Source of the DNA: a virus
Taxonomy: Duplodnaviria > Heunggongvirae > Uroviricota > Caudoviricetes
Virus record (IMG/VR): IMGVR_UViG_2531839662_000011
Strand: one strand, 5' to 3'
Length of the DNA stretch: 23,270 nucleotides
The position numbers were made by a program, and so were the translations under genes. The notes beneath the pieces were generated by a model that did not search any database, was not told the origin of the DNA, and was given only the letters and a program-made list of their open reading frames with translations. This document shows positions 1 through 7,996 of this stretch, in pieces (positions within the stretch are counted from its first letter, which is position 1; each line of letters opens with the position of its first letter).

Positions 1-102
1 ACACCCCGTCAACCTCACTCGTCTGTTACTAATCCTCAACCATCGCCAGACCCCAACACCGTTTCTGCGAGCTAACAGAATTTTTGCCTTACGGTTTTTC
101 AT
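1..102 (-). CDS. small basic protein, 3' end beyond window (MKNRKAKILLARRNGVGVWRWL...)
   Basis: ATG at 102-100 overlaps stop of upstream ORF (ATGA); open to window edge; shares a 20-bp start region with the ORF at 99-275. Confidence 0.3.
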   Translation of the reverse strand, partial: MKNRKAKILLARRNGVGVWRWLRISNRRVRLTGC

Positions 103-275
103 CTTACTGCGTACCCTTTCTTCCGCCTGTTCTGTGACGCGGTGGGTTTACGATTTACGGTAAAAGCCACCTGACCAAATGGATGGAGTACAGCTATCTT
201 ATGGTTGCTGATAACCAGCGACACCATACACACAGGTCGCTGTAAAAGAAGTCGTATTGCTTTACGGTTTTTCAT
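99..275 (-). CDS. small basic protein, 58 aa (MKNRKAIRLLLQRPV...)
   Basis: ATG at 275-273 preceded by GGAGAA; stop TGA 101-99; below ORF-track size cutoff, translated by hand. Confidence 0.35.
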   Translation of the reverse strand: MKNRKAIRLLLQRPVCMVSLVISNHKIAVLHPFGQVAFTVNRKPTASQNRRKKGYAVR

Positions 276-279
276 CGTT

Positions 280-468
280 TCATTCTCCTGTATTTACTAC
301 TGACTCTGTACTGTCAGCCCTGCGGCGCTCCTGAAGTTCCAGCATTGCGGCCCGGAAATCCTGCCACCATTCCTCATCGGCAACGGGGGTGTTCCGCTCC
401 AGCACCTTGTCCGCATCGGCAATCAGTCTGGTCAGACTCTTATCGCTTATTCTGGTTTGCTGGTTCAC
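280..468 (-). CDS. hypothetical early protein, 62 aa
   Basis: GTG start overlapping upstream stop (GTGA), AGGAGG 8 nt upstream. Confidence 0.45.
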   Translation of the reverse strand: MNQQTRISDKSLTRLIADADKVLERNTPVADEEWWQDFRAAMLELQERRRADSTESVVNTGE

Positions 469-755
469 TGCGCCGCCTCCTGCTCATTTTTTTCACTCCG
501 GTATACCAAAATCACGACATCTCCCCGGGTAATTACGCGTGCCGGGTCGCCCTGTTGCATACGGTCAATATCAAAAGCGTCATTAAACGCATTTAGTGCC
601 TTCACGCGCTTGTCTTTGCAGCGACGTTTTTCACATTGTTTAAAGACCGAAGAAATCAACCACCTGAATGACATAAAAGTGATATAGCCATAACCGATAA
701 GCGCCAGACCTGTATTCATGGCTACATCTATCGTTATCGTTTTATCAATGCTCAT
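465..755 (-). CDS. hypothetical early protein, 96 aa, hydrophobic N-terminal segment
   Basis: ATG at 755-753 with AGGAGG upstream; N-terminus NTGLALIGYGYITFMSFRWLISSVF looks membrane-spanning. Confidence 0.5.
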   Translation of the reverse strand: MSIDKTITIDVAMNTGLALIGYGYITFMSFRWLISSVFKQCEKRRCKDKRVKALNAFNDAFDIDRMQQGDPARVITRGDVVILVYRSEKNEQEAAQ

Positions 756-828
756 CGTGTCGCCTCCTGTTTTGCCACTTTAAACGCCCGTAACATCGGG
801 ACCGTTTTACCGGTGATGACGGTTCTCA

Positions 829-975
829 TTAAAAGACCTCCACCGCTCTGATGGTGTACTTCAGGGGCCACAAACAGCGCCGCATCCACAACCCGGCAAT
901 AGCGCGGAACTCCCAGAACCAGCATGTAACAATGATTTTTGCGGTGACTCCGTAGTCATAAAATTCAATATTCAT
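829..975 (-). CDS. small ORF, 48 aa
   Basis: ATG 975-973 with AAGAAGG upstream; hand translation; stop TAA 831-829. Confidence 0.25.
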   Translation of the reverse strand: MNIEFYDYGVTAKIIVTCWFWEFRAIAGLWMRRCLWPLKYTIRAVEVF

Positions 976-1062
976 TTGCAGTTAAACCTTCTTTTGTGAC
1001 GTTCTACGGCGGCTTTCATGGCGTTGTGCACGGTTCTTTTAATAATCCGGCGTCCCGCACTG

Positions 1063-1197
1063 TCATAGAACCGCCACCGGGAACCCCGGATATTTGGGAA
1101 ACTCAACCGCCGCGCTACCGTCATTCATCCTGTATTCGTGGCGTTCTCCGGGAGGCTGGTATATTGCTTCGGTAACACTGAGAAGTTTAAAAGCCAT
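1063..1197 (-). CDS. small ORF, 44 aa
   Basis: ATG 1197-1195 preceded by GGGGAGGG; starts 3 nt after stop of 201-aa gene. Confidence 0.3.
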   Translation of the reverse strand: MAFKLLSVTEAIYQPPGERHEYRMNDGSAAVEFPKYPGFPVAVL

Positions 1198-1199
1198 CG

Positions 1200-1805
1200 T
1201 TACACCCTCCCCAGTGCCAGCGGTCTGTTGCTCTGACCATTAACCCCCTGATGCAGTCTGGCGTTTTTCCTGGCGATAAAACCCGCAGTAGCGGCAAACT
1301 CTGCACCCCGACACGCTTTAGCTGTGCGCATATCCCCGTCGCGCAGTCCCTTAGTGCTGTGCAGGTTCTTTCTGTAAAGCTCAAGGCGGCTTTTTTCTTC
1401 CGGGGAGACGTCATACACCGCAATGACATCACGGGCACCAAAGACCCAGCCTTCGCAGAACTGGTCGCCACGGGCTACCCGCGTGGACGGACCGCAACGT
1501 TTGCAGTGTTTATCCTGATATTTCTTGCGCTCTGCCATCATCTGACGGGAAAGCACATCAAACGCGTAAGCCGCGATTTCCGGGCGGCTGTCAGAGCCAT
1601 AAAAACGCACGTGACGTTTGAGTGAACCAGAAGCCCGGTACTCACCGGAGATGTAACACTCGACACCGAAGGCTTTACAGACCAGGTCACACAGGATGTG
1701 CATATAACGCGGCGGCGTACTGGCATCACTCGGCGCACCCGCGCTGGCAGCTTCCTGAATGTCGAACAATTCAGCGTCGTTTTCGCTGATACCATGCTGG
1801 CGCAT
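1200..1805 (-). CDS. hypothetical protein, 201 aa, contains HCKRCG...FCEGW Cys cluster
   Basis: Long ORF with ATG start in early-operon orientation; protein-like composition; no family recognised. Confidence 0.55.
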   Translation of the reverse strand: MRQHGISENDAELFDIQEAASAGAPSDASTPPRYMHILCDLVCKAFGVECYISGEYRASGSLKRHVRFYGSDSRPEIAAYAFDVLSRQMMAERKKYQDKHCKRCGPSTRVARGDQFCEGWVFGARDVIAVYDVSPEEKSRLELYRKNLHSTKGLRDGDMRTAKACRGAEFAATAGFIARKNARLHQGVNGQSNRPLALGRV

Positions 1806-1922
1806 ATAAACCTGGGCTTTTGCAATAGCGTTAGCGGCTTCTTCCGGGCTTGATGTTCCTCTGGCAAGGCGTAACAGTTTTTGATTTTGGCAATGTATTT
1901 ATCTTTCATGGTCGTCTGAACC

Positions 1923-2105
1923 TCAGCATCCTGAATTCTGAATTACGCAACTTCCGGCACGGCCATCAGGAACGTGGGGAGTTCGTTCTGGCTGCGGTAC
2001 TGAATGAACATCTGCTGTCGATTGAGAACTGGTCGCAAGACGATTAAAACAAACGATTGTCAGATTAATTTCGCGGGCGAACTTTTTTTGCTTAGCGATA
2101 TTCAT
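1923..2105 (-). CDS. hypothetical small protein, 60 aa
   Basis: ATG 2105-2103 immediately downstream of hairpin repeat copy A; weak SD. Confidence 0.3.
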   Translation of the reverse strand: MNIAKQKKFAREINLTIVCFNRLATSSQSTADVHSVPQPERTPHVPDGRAGSCVIQNSGC

Positions 2106-2111
2106 AAATAA

Positions 2112-2185
2112 ACTCTCTCTGATTCAGGCGTAAGCCAGCCCCGGCGGGTTTACGCCATATACCAATAAAATTAAAAACAGACTTA
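2112..2185. repeat. direct repeat copy A (~70 bp) with hairpin GGCGTAA(2127-2133)/TTACGCC(2150-2156) and AT-rich tail
   Basis: Near-identical to 2744-2811: core ATTCAGGCGTAAGCCAGCCC..GGGTTTACGCC then AATAA-ATTAAAAACA. Confidence 0.8.
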
Positions 2186-2731
2186 TTAACTACGACGTTC
2201 AGCTTTCCGGTAATGACGGTCAACAGACTTTACGAACGCCTTCACATCACGGGCAATCGAATCCAGCGGATAATATTCATCCAGCAGTTCCATTCCACTG
2301 AATCGAATCTGAAAAAAATCAGGCTTATCTTTATATGACTCCACCAGGTCAATAAACCGCAACTGACGCGGGAGGGATTCCTGCACACCTGAGATAGTGA
2401 GCAAATCATCTTCAAGGATGTATGCGAGGTCTTCCATATCCTTACAGTCAGACAGCATGGATATTCTTGTCAGTATGTTCCGTGTGGCGATATACAGCGC
2501 TGCTGTGTCATTCGCCATCATGGCGAACAAATCCCCCTGAATATAAGCCCCCTTACTGGCCATAGCATTCCCGGCAATCTGTGCATCAAGTACCACATAC
2601 ATAAAATCGGCAGGTGCTCCCAGATGGCCCAGCAATGATGACGCCCATAACGTTACATTGGTTAACTTCTCAGATGAACGGGTAGCAAAACCTTCAGGAG
2701 TAACAATAAAATCCCAGACTTTATCTTTCAT
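2186..2731 (-). CDS. hypothetical protein, 181 aa, candidate accessory gene bracketed by direct repeats
   Basis: ATG 2731-2729 (track start 2737 is TTG), AAGGGGA upstream; stop TAA 2188-2186; no family recognised. Confidence 0.6.
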   Translation of the reverse strand: MKDKVWDFIVTPEGFATRSSEKLTNVTLWASSLLGHLGAPADFMYVVLDAQIAGNAMASKGAYIQGDLFAMMANDTAALYIATRNILTRISMLSDCKDMEDLAYILEDDLLTISGVQESLPRQLRFIDLVESYKDKPDFFQIRFSGMELLDEYYPLDSIARDVKAFVKSVDRHYRKAERRS

Positions 2732-2743
2732 ATACAAATCCCC

Positions 2744-2811
2744 TTAATTCAGGCGTAAGCCAGCCCGACGGGTTTACGCCTGTTTTAAATAACAATTAAA
2801 AACAAATTAAA
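2744..2811. repeat. direct repeat copy B with hairpin GGCGTAA(2752-2758)/TTACGCC(2774-2780)
   Basis: Fills the gap between stop of 2812-3003 gene and start of the 181-aa gene; matches copy A. Confidence 0.8.
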
Positions 2812-3003
2812 TTAATGCGGTGCTTTCAGTGTTTCGACTTTTACGAAATAAGGCTCGACATTAATTTCAACCACACAACCACATTTAAAATCTCTGGCCG
2901 GTGCAACAGTTTTTACCACCCGACCACCACGCACCGCCTGATGTGCAATGTGCATGAAACGAGTACCAGGCGGATATAACTGATTAAAGCGTTTCGCGTT
3001 CAT
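2812..3003 (-). CDS. hypothetical small protein, 63 aa
   Basis: In-frame ATG at 3003-3001 within track ORF 2812-3129; 20-nt overlap with upstream gene. Confidence 0.4.
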   Translation of the reverse strand: MNAKRFNQLYPPGTRFMHIAHQAVRGGRVVKTVAPARDFKCGCVVEINVEPYFVKVETLKAPH

Positions 3004-3217
3004 GAATCGGCTTCCATCCTTTCTGGTGAGCATTAGCACAGAACTGTGCCCGGTGTTCTGCCCAGATGCGGCGCAGAGTACTACACGGGCTTTGCGCTGC
3101 CTTACGCCACAGCTTTTCAGCCTCGGCATAATCGCCGCGTTGTTCTGCTCTGGACACGCCCAGCGAATACGCCGCGCAACTATTTCCGGCTCTGTACTCT
3201 TTGATATCCTGATGCAT
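2984..3217 (-). CDS. hypothetical small protein, 77 aa
   Basis: In-frame ATG 3217-3215 directly after stop (3221-3219) of upstream 214-aa gene. Confidence 0.45.
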   Translation of the reverse strand: MHQDIKEYRAGNSCAAYSLGVSRAEQRGDYAEAEKLWRKAAQSPCSTLRRIWAEHRAQFCANAHQKGWKPIHERETL

Positions 3218-3218
3218 G

Positions 3219-3863
3219 TTAAACCCCTGCAATATCAAGCGGGATTGCGCGGTATTCATCAGAATCACCGACGCGCTCATACACGCGGATATAGCTTCTG
3301 CTGCCAACCACCTGGACGGCTTCACCAATCAGTTTCATGGCGTTATCCCAGCGTTCCTCCGTAATATCGAGACGACGCAGAGCCAGAACGCGCCCGGTGT
3401 TAATGTTGCCTTCCTTGTCCGTGCTGAATGCCTCGCTGATGATGGCTTTAATTTCAGGGCGTGCACCTTCCGTCCAGTCAGCCAGGCAGTCATCAATCAG
3501 TGCCTTCGCGGTCTGAATGCGTTCATCAAGCGCGATACGGTCCTGCATGGCGCGCTGAATCTTGTAACGCCCGTCAAAGCTGTACAGCGTGATATTCCCT
3601 TTTTTACCGCCTTTCACAGCGCCGTATTTTTTCGCCGACAGGTCAATAAACGCCTGAATATCACCAAAGGCACGTAGTTTCAGTTCACGCAGTGAGGCAG
3701 AGGCAGCAATCACCATCTCCACAAGCTCACCGACCAGCTGCTCACGGTCGCGGTCAATATCTTTGATAAGGCTTTCAGGTGTCATTACGCCACGGGCATC
3801 CACCCAGTAACCTTCAGGTGCTTGAGTTTTCGTGTATTGCTTAACTTTATTTTCAGTCGTCAT
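3219..3863 (-). CDS. conserved Mu-like early protein, 214 aa (possibly DUF3164-like; label from memory)
   Basis: ATG 3863-3861 with GAGGT upstream; protein-like ORF downstream of B; not Gam-like by eye. Confidence 0.6.
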   Translation of the reverse strand: MTTENKVKQYTKTQAPEGYWVDARGVMTPESLIKDIDRDREQLVGELVEMVIAASASLRELKLRAFGDIQAFIDLSAKKYGAVKGGKKGNITLYSFDGRYKIQRAMQDRIALDERIQTAKALIDDCLADWTEGARPEIKAIISEAFSTDKEGNINTGRVLALRRLDITEERWDNAMKLIGEAVQVVGSRSYIRVYERVGDSDEYRAIPLDIAGV

Positions 3864-3892
3864 AATTAAATTACCTCAGTGATATTTACAGA

Positions 3893-4108
3893 TTAATTTG
3901 TGTTATGTGCGCAGGGCGCAGCGTTTTCAGAAAAAATATTCACGCCGTTGTAGTCATTTCTCAGTGCTTCCTTGATAACATCATGCAATCCTGTTGCCAC
4001 CTGAAACTCCCTTTCAGAAGCGCCATCCTTCAAATAACTTCCTGTAATCTGGGTTAAAACCCTGCCTTTTTCATTGGTATAGATAATTACTTCCAACTTA
4101 ACCGCCAT
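3893..4108 (-). CDS. hypothetical small protein, 71 aa
   Basis: ATG 4108-4106 with AAGGAG 6 nt upstream (track start 4129 is TTG). Confidence 0.45.
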   Translation of the reverse strand: MAVKLEVIIYTNEKGRVLTQITGSYLKDGASEREFQVATGLHDVIKEALRNDYNGVNIFSENAAPCAHNTN

Positions 4109-4289
4109 GTTTTTCTCCTTTGAAATCAAACGATTTAAAAATAATTTCGTTCATAAAACAGTGAGTTTTTATGATAATGTCGGAAACCTGCTCTCCCGTG
4201 ACATCAGGCGGCAACTGATACGTCGCGACGGCTTTCTCCGGTTTACCTGGCCTGTCCAGGCTGAAAGTTAATTCAAGCTCCAGTGACAT
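4098..4289 (-). CDS. hypothetical small protein, 63 aa
   Basis: ATG 4289-4287 with GAGGGA upstream. Confidence 0.45.
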   Translation of the reverse strand: MSLELELTFSLDRPGKPEKAVATYQLPPDVTGEQVSDIIIKTHCFMNEIIFKSFDFKGEKHGG

Positions 4290-4299
4290 ATTTCATCCC

Positions 4300-4551
4300 T
4301 CAATGCATTTGTGTTTCTTGAGGAATATACGGACATCCCTGTGCCAGTTGTTTCACGTAGTCATGGTAGATTTGCAGATCAAGCCGTTCATTTCCGTGTT
4401 TCTCCTTCAGAATCGTACAAATAGCGCCAACAGTCCCCAGAGTTCTTGCCGCTTCTTCGAGTGTGGCATTGTCGCCATTTTCCACCCGAATAAGGTTATG
4501 GCACTGGTTATTACCCAGGTCGGTAAATACTATTGTTAATTTCACGCTCAC
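4300..4551 (-). CDS. hypothetical small protein, 83 aa
   Basis: GTG start 4551-4549 with GAGGAA 7 nt upstream. Confidence 0.45.
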   Translation of the reverse strand: MSVKLTIVFTDLGNNQCHNLIRVENGDNATLEEAARTLGTVGAICTILKEKHGNERLDLQIYHDYVKQLAQGCPYIPQETQMH

Positions 4552-4566
4552 TTTTAATTCCTCGTT

Positions 4567-4806
4567 TTATTGCCATACGACGGTACAGCCGTCGATACAG
4601 GACGTTTTAACCACACGACGCAGGCCGCTGAATGTCTGGATGATTTCCGTTACCGGCCATACAGGACCACCCACGGGCGGGCAGGCATAAACCACAGGTA
4701 AACGGTGATGCTGCCCCGTTACACGACCGCCAGTGGTGTGGATGGCCACACGGGCACGGGAACGGACGGCGTTAATGGTCTGCTTGTCCATCGTCTTGCT
4801 CTCCAT
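4567..4806 (-). CDS. hypothetical small protein, 79 aa, translationally coupled to B
   Basis: ATG 4806-4804 overlaps B stop TGA 4808-4806 (ATGA). Confidence 0.5.
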   Translation of the reverse strand: MESKTMDKQTINAVRSRARVAIHTTGGRVTGQHHRLPVVYACPPVGGPVWPVTEIIQTFSGLRRVVKTSCIDGCTVVWQ

Positions 4807-5699
4807 CAGTGAATTAACATTTCTGAATATTTATCAATGGCCTGCACACTGACCGGTGCATCGCTGATATCACAAATCCGGTACACACCGCGCGCCAGCT
4901 TGAACAGACGACGGGCATTACCCAGCGAACGTGTGTAAAGTGCCTCACCAATTTCCGGGTCCGCCGCTTCCGGCATCATGTCTGTGGCAATCTTGTTAAA
5001 ATCTTCCTGCGTCAGCGTATCGCCCAGGTTAAGCGCCAGCGCCACGCGGCTGTATAATTGAGCGAACTCACCACAACGGCCCTTAAGGTTAATCAGAAGG
5101 TGAGGCATACCCGCCAGGACAATCCCGATACCCGCTTTGTCATGCAGACGGCGCAATACCTCCAGTGCACGATAGGGGAGCAGTTCAGCCTCATCCACCA
5201 TCAGCAGACGACCTGACCCACGCAGTTCACGCACACAGGCATCAATCTTCTCGCGAATATCGCCGTGAACCTTTACCCCAAGCTGACGGCACAGTTCATC
5301 GAGTAACTTTCTGGCCGTATAGCCAATATCGGCTTCAATGAGCACTACATCCCGGTTTCTGGCGGCATATTCACTCAGAATCATGCTTTTACCCAGACCC
5401 GCCGCGCCATACAGCACGCAAATATCACACTCCAGATGGGCGTAGGTCAGCACCTCCAGCCCTTTGGCGGCCATGCCGGTGGTGACAAATCGCACTTTAA
5501 TACGGCGGTTGTTTTCCTTTTCCCATTCACGGGTCACAAAGGCAGAAATACGTTCTTCAATATCAGCCATATCGCCCTGATATTTGCCCTGCAAATACTG
5601 GTTGATAACGGCGCTGCTACGACCAATAGCACGGGCAACGTGGGTCTGCGTAAAGCCGCGACGGGCCATTACGTCATTTAATTGCGTAATTAAACTCAT
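4806..5699 (-). CDS. B: MuB-like DNA transposition ATPase (AAA+), 297 aa
   Basis: Walker A LYGAAGLGKS, Walker B LLMVDEAE, N-terminal HTH; immediately downstream of transposase as in Mu. Confidence 0.9.
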   Translation of the reverse strand: MSLITQLNDVMARRGFTQTHVARAIGRSSAVINQYLQGKYQGDMADIEERISAFVTREWEKENNRRIKVRFVTTGMAAKGLEVLTYAHLECDICVLYGAAGLGKSMILSEYAARNRDVVLIEADIGYTARKLLDELCRQLGVKVHGDIREKIDACVRELRGSGRLLMVDEAELLPYRALEVLRRLHDKAGIGIVLAGMPHLLINLKGRCGEFAQLYSRVALALNLGDTLTQEDFNKIATDMMPEAADPEIGEALYTRSLGNARRLFKLARGVYRICDISDAPVSVQAIDKYSEMLIH

Positions 5700-5717
5700 A
5701 ATTAAATACCTTTTAAA

Positions 5718-7532
5718 TTAACGATTATTTGTGCCGTTTTTCTTTAAATTGCGCTCACGGTCAGACACGAATAAATAAAGTTCTTCTTTTTCCTTTTTCT
5801 CCTGACGTTCCAGTCCATATCCCAGATTAAAGTCAGGCTTCTGCGTAATGGCCGGGGTAAGCTCGCGTTTAGCCTCTTCGATTTTCTGCGTGGCCCGTGC
5901 AATGCGGCCCCTGACGCGTTTCTCCAGTTTTTGTTCGATAACTGGTTTAGCGAAGGCATCAACCTTGTTACCGTTCCAGATGGCATCGCAGATATAAGAG
6001 CCATCAGCCCGCCGGACAATGACGCTGTTTGCATCATGAATATCGTAACTGACCCTGACTTCATTCCCGTGCTCTGCGGCCAGCTCATACGAGTAATAAA
6101 TATTGTTGAATAACTGAATTTCCCCGCGAAATGTTTTGCGCGTCACTTCCGGTCTGAACATTTCATGCAGTTCTTCCGGCGACAGGAAATCAATTTCAAC
6201 ATTCTGCTCTTTTATCAGTTTCCGGCGATACGCTGCCGGGCTGTAATATTCGCCATCCTCTTTGCGGGGTAGGCTGCTGTGTGGCCGGTTGTTATAGCGT
6301 CTGACCTCCAGCTCTATGGCGGCCATCAGTTGCTCAAAGGTAGGGATTTCATCCCTCGCCTTAACCTGCCGTTTTGTCAGCTCTTTCCCTTTGTGGGTGG
6401 CCTTAATGGCTGACTGCATAATCCGTTGCTGCATCATTACGGTTTCCTTGTCTGCATCCCTTGCGCAGTACGTCTGGAAACTCAGAGCCACGTCTTTGGG
6501 TATTCCTTTGTTTGCCCGTTCAATCACCCCGCGCCCCTGCGGGTTACCTGGTATCCCCGTGTGATGTTCCACACCCAGCCGGGGCAGAATCCCGGTAATA
6601 TCGGCATCAAGCACCCGGTTTTTTTCACCGCCCCCGTTATCGGAGTAATAAATCAGCGGTATCCCGTGCTGCGCCATGCCGTAACGTAACGCATCAGCAA
6701 CGGCTATCACGTTCTCCGACAGGGACAGTGACCAGCCCACAACAAAGCGTTGCCCCGCATCCATAACCAGCGTCACTTCTGGCCGGAAAATATTGCCGGT
6801 CAGGGGGTTAAACGCGGTCATTTTCATACAGTGACCATCCCCGACCCATACCGCATTAACCGGTAATGATGTCCAGTCGCGCCGCACAAAGGGATTGAGC
6901 GAACGCCAGGCTGAACCGGTGGAGCGGAAACGCTCTTTAACAATCACCGGGACGCTGCTTAACACCCGTCTTACTGCGTGAACTGAAGGCAGTGCCGCCA
7001 GCATTCCCGCATCGTTCGCGTGTTTTTCATGCCACCAGGCTGAAAACTCGCGATACGCATATTCAACGGTCGGGCGCTTCCATGAGCGATAGAACATAAA
7101 GAAATCGCTCAGCCACCAGACCTGCTCCCACGGTGTTCCCTTATGATGATCGGGAGCCAGTAACGCCAGTAACTGATTGGCATCACCGCGCGCCATCAGC
7201 CAGGCGGAATACCATTCCTGTAAACTCCCTGTACTGACGCCAGTCCGTTTACCCTGTCGGGCATTAGCAGTATTACCTGCCACAATAACACGCTCGGGCA
7301 AAGCCTCCTGGCGGATACCATCAACGATGTGTTTTATCGCCGCCGTCCTGGACATTCCTGCGTATTCACGCAGTTTATGCACTTCGGTAGCCAGCAATAT
7401 CCGCGCATCAGCGATGGCCCTTTGCTTGTCGGTCAGTGCCTGGACTTCGCGTAATGCCAGTTCCGGGCATTTGACCATCACCTCCAGTTCATCGCGAACG
7501 GTGACGTTTTTAACTGCCTTCTGCTCAACCAC
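5718..7532 (-). CDS. A: MuA-like DDE transposase, 604-codon ORF lacking the N-terminal domain because of an upstream in-frame TAG
   Basis: Long ORF with Mu transposase-like core (WVGDGHCMKM...DAGQRFVVGW...); track start 7532 is GTG with no SD; same frame as 7590-7760 fragment. Confidence 0.9.
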   Translation of the reverse strand: MVEQKAVKNVTVRDELEVMVKCPELALREVQALTDKQRAIADARILLATEVHKLREYAGMSRTAAIKHIVDGIRQEALPERVIVAGNTANARQGKRTGVSTGSLQEWYSAWLMARGDANQLLALLAPDHHKGTPWEQVWWLSDFFMFYRSWKRPTVEYAYREFSAWWHEKHANDAGMLAALPSVHAVRRVLSSVPVIVKERFRSTGSAWRSLNPFVRRDWTSLPVNAVWVGDGHCMKMTAFNPLTGNIFRPEVTLVMDAGQRFVVGWSLSLSENVIAVADALRYGMAQHGIPLIYYSDNGGGEKNRVLDADITGILPRLGVEHHTGIPGNPQGRGVIERANKGIPKDVALSFQTYCARDADKETVMMQQRIMQSAIKATHKGKELTKRQVKARDEIPTFEQLMAAIELEVRRYNNRPHSSLPRKEDGEYYSPAAYRRKLIKEQNVEIDFLSPEELHEMFRPEVTRKTFRGEIQLFNNIYYSYELAAEHGNEVRVSYDIHDANSVIVRRADGSYICDAIWNGNKVDAFAKPVIEQKLEKRVRGRIARATQKIEEAKRELTPAITQKPDFNLGYGLERQEKKEKEELYLFVSDRERNLKKNGTNNR

Positions 7533-7589
7533 TGCGGGCAGTTGCGTATCTTCCAGGACCTGATGGGTCAGGCGCTTACGTAAAACTTT

Positions 7590-7760
7590 CTACGCTTCAG
7601 CGGGCAGGCAGTCGATGTGATACTCGAATGCTTTTGTGCCTTCACGCTTGCGCTTCCATTCCGGGTGCGTCTCTGTGATCCGATTGAGCGTCCAGCGCAC
7701 CCCCTGAACTGTACCGGGCAAACCAGGAAGACCGGCCAGCTCATTGGCTGGATAAAACAT
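7590..7760 (-). pseudogene. A: MuA N-terminal DNA-binding domain fragment, 56 codons then TAG (7592-7590), in frame with transposase ORF
   Basis: ATG 7760-7758 overlaps ner stop (TAATG); MFYPANELAGLPGLPGTVQGVRW...KAFEYHIDCLPAEA* resembles Mu A N-terminus (ANLPGLPKT...KGGKAIEY...LPVEAK). Confidence 0.7.
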
Positions 7761-7996
7761 TACGCCGCCTTACTGGCATACCGGCTTGGCCAGATCTCCG
7801 CAGGTTCCACACCAATAGCATCGGCTATGATGCGTTCATATTTAGGGCATGAGCGATACAGTGCATTTTTTAAAGAGTCTTTTTTTAGACCAGCGCGTTC
7901 AGAAAGTTCACGCAATGTAAAACCTTTGGTGTGCACAGCGGCAACGATGTACTCGCGGTGCCAGTCTTTGTTCATTACTTCATTTCTAACCATCAT
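7760..7996 (-). CDS. ner: Ner-like DNA-binding regulator, 78 aa
   Basis: ATG 7996-7994 (track ORF extends upstream without support); ...IADAIGVEPAEIWPSRYASK matches Mu Ner C-terminus ...IANALETKPEVIWPSRY. Confidence 0.85.
   Translation of the reverse strand: MMVRNEVMNKDWHREYIVAAVHTKGFTLRELSERAGLKKDSLKNALYRSCPKYERIIADAIGVEPAEIWPSRYASKAA

Noticed and set aside
1538-1909. 123-aa - strand ORF overlapping the 201-aa gene in another frame
   Set aside because: Downstream two-thirds is low-complexity (RVRRVMPVRRRV...) while the overlapping frame is protein-like; only the first ~35 codons could be a real small gene, and that is unresolved.
2984-3328. N-terminal extensions of small genes in the ORF track (2984-3328, 2812-3129, 7760-8239, 11258-12175, 13534-14031, 22540-22890)
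   Set aside because: The extended parts overlap upstream genes or terminators and begin at non-ATG codons; in-frame ATGs with SD sequences at gene boundaries give the shorter models used.
5744-6088. Short ORFs on either strand inside the transposase and MuB genes (5744-6088, 5931-6113, 6316-6564, 6426-6689, 5436-5681)
   Set aside because: Embedded in alternative frames of strongly supported long genes.
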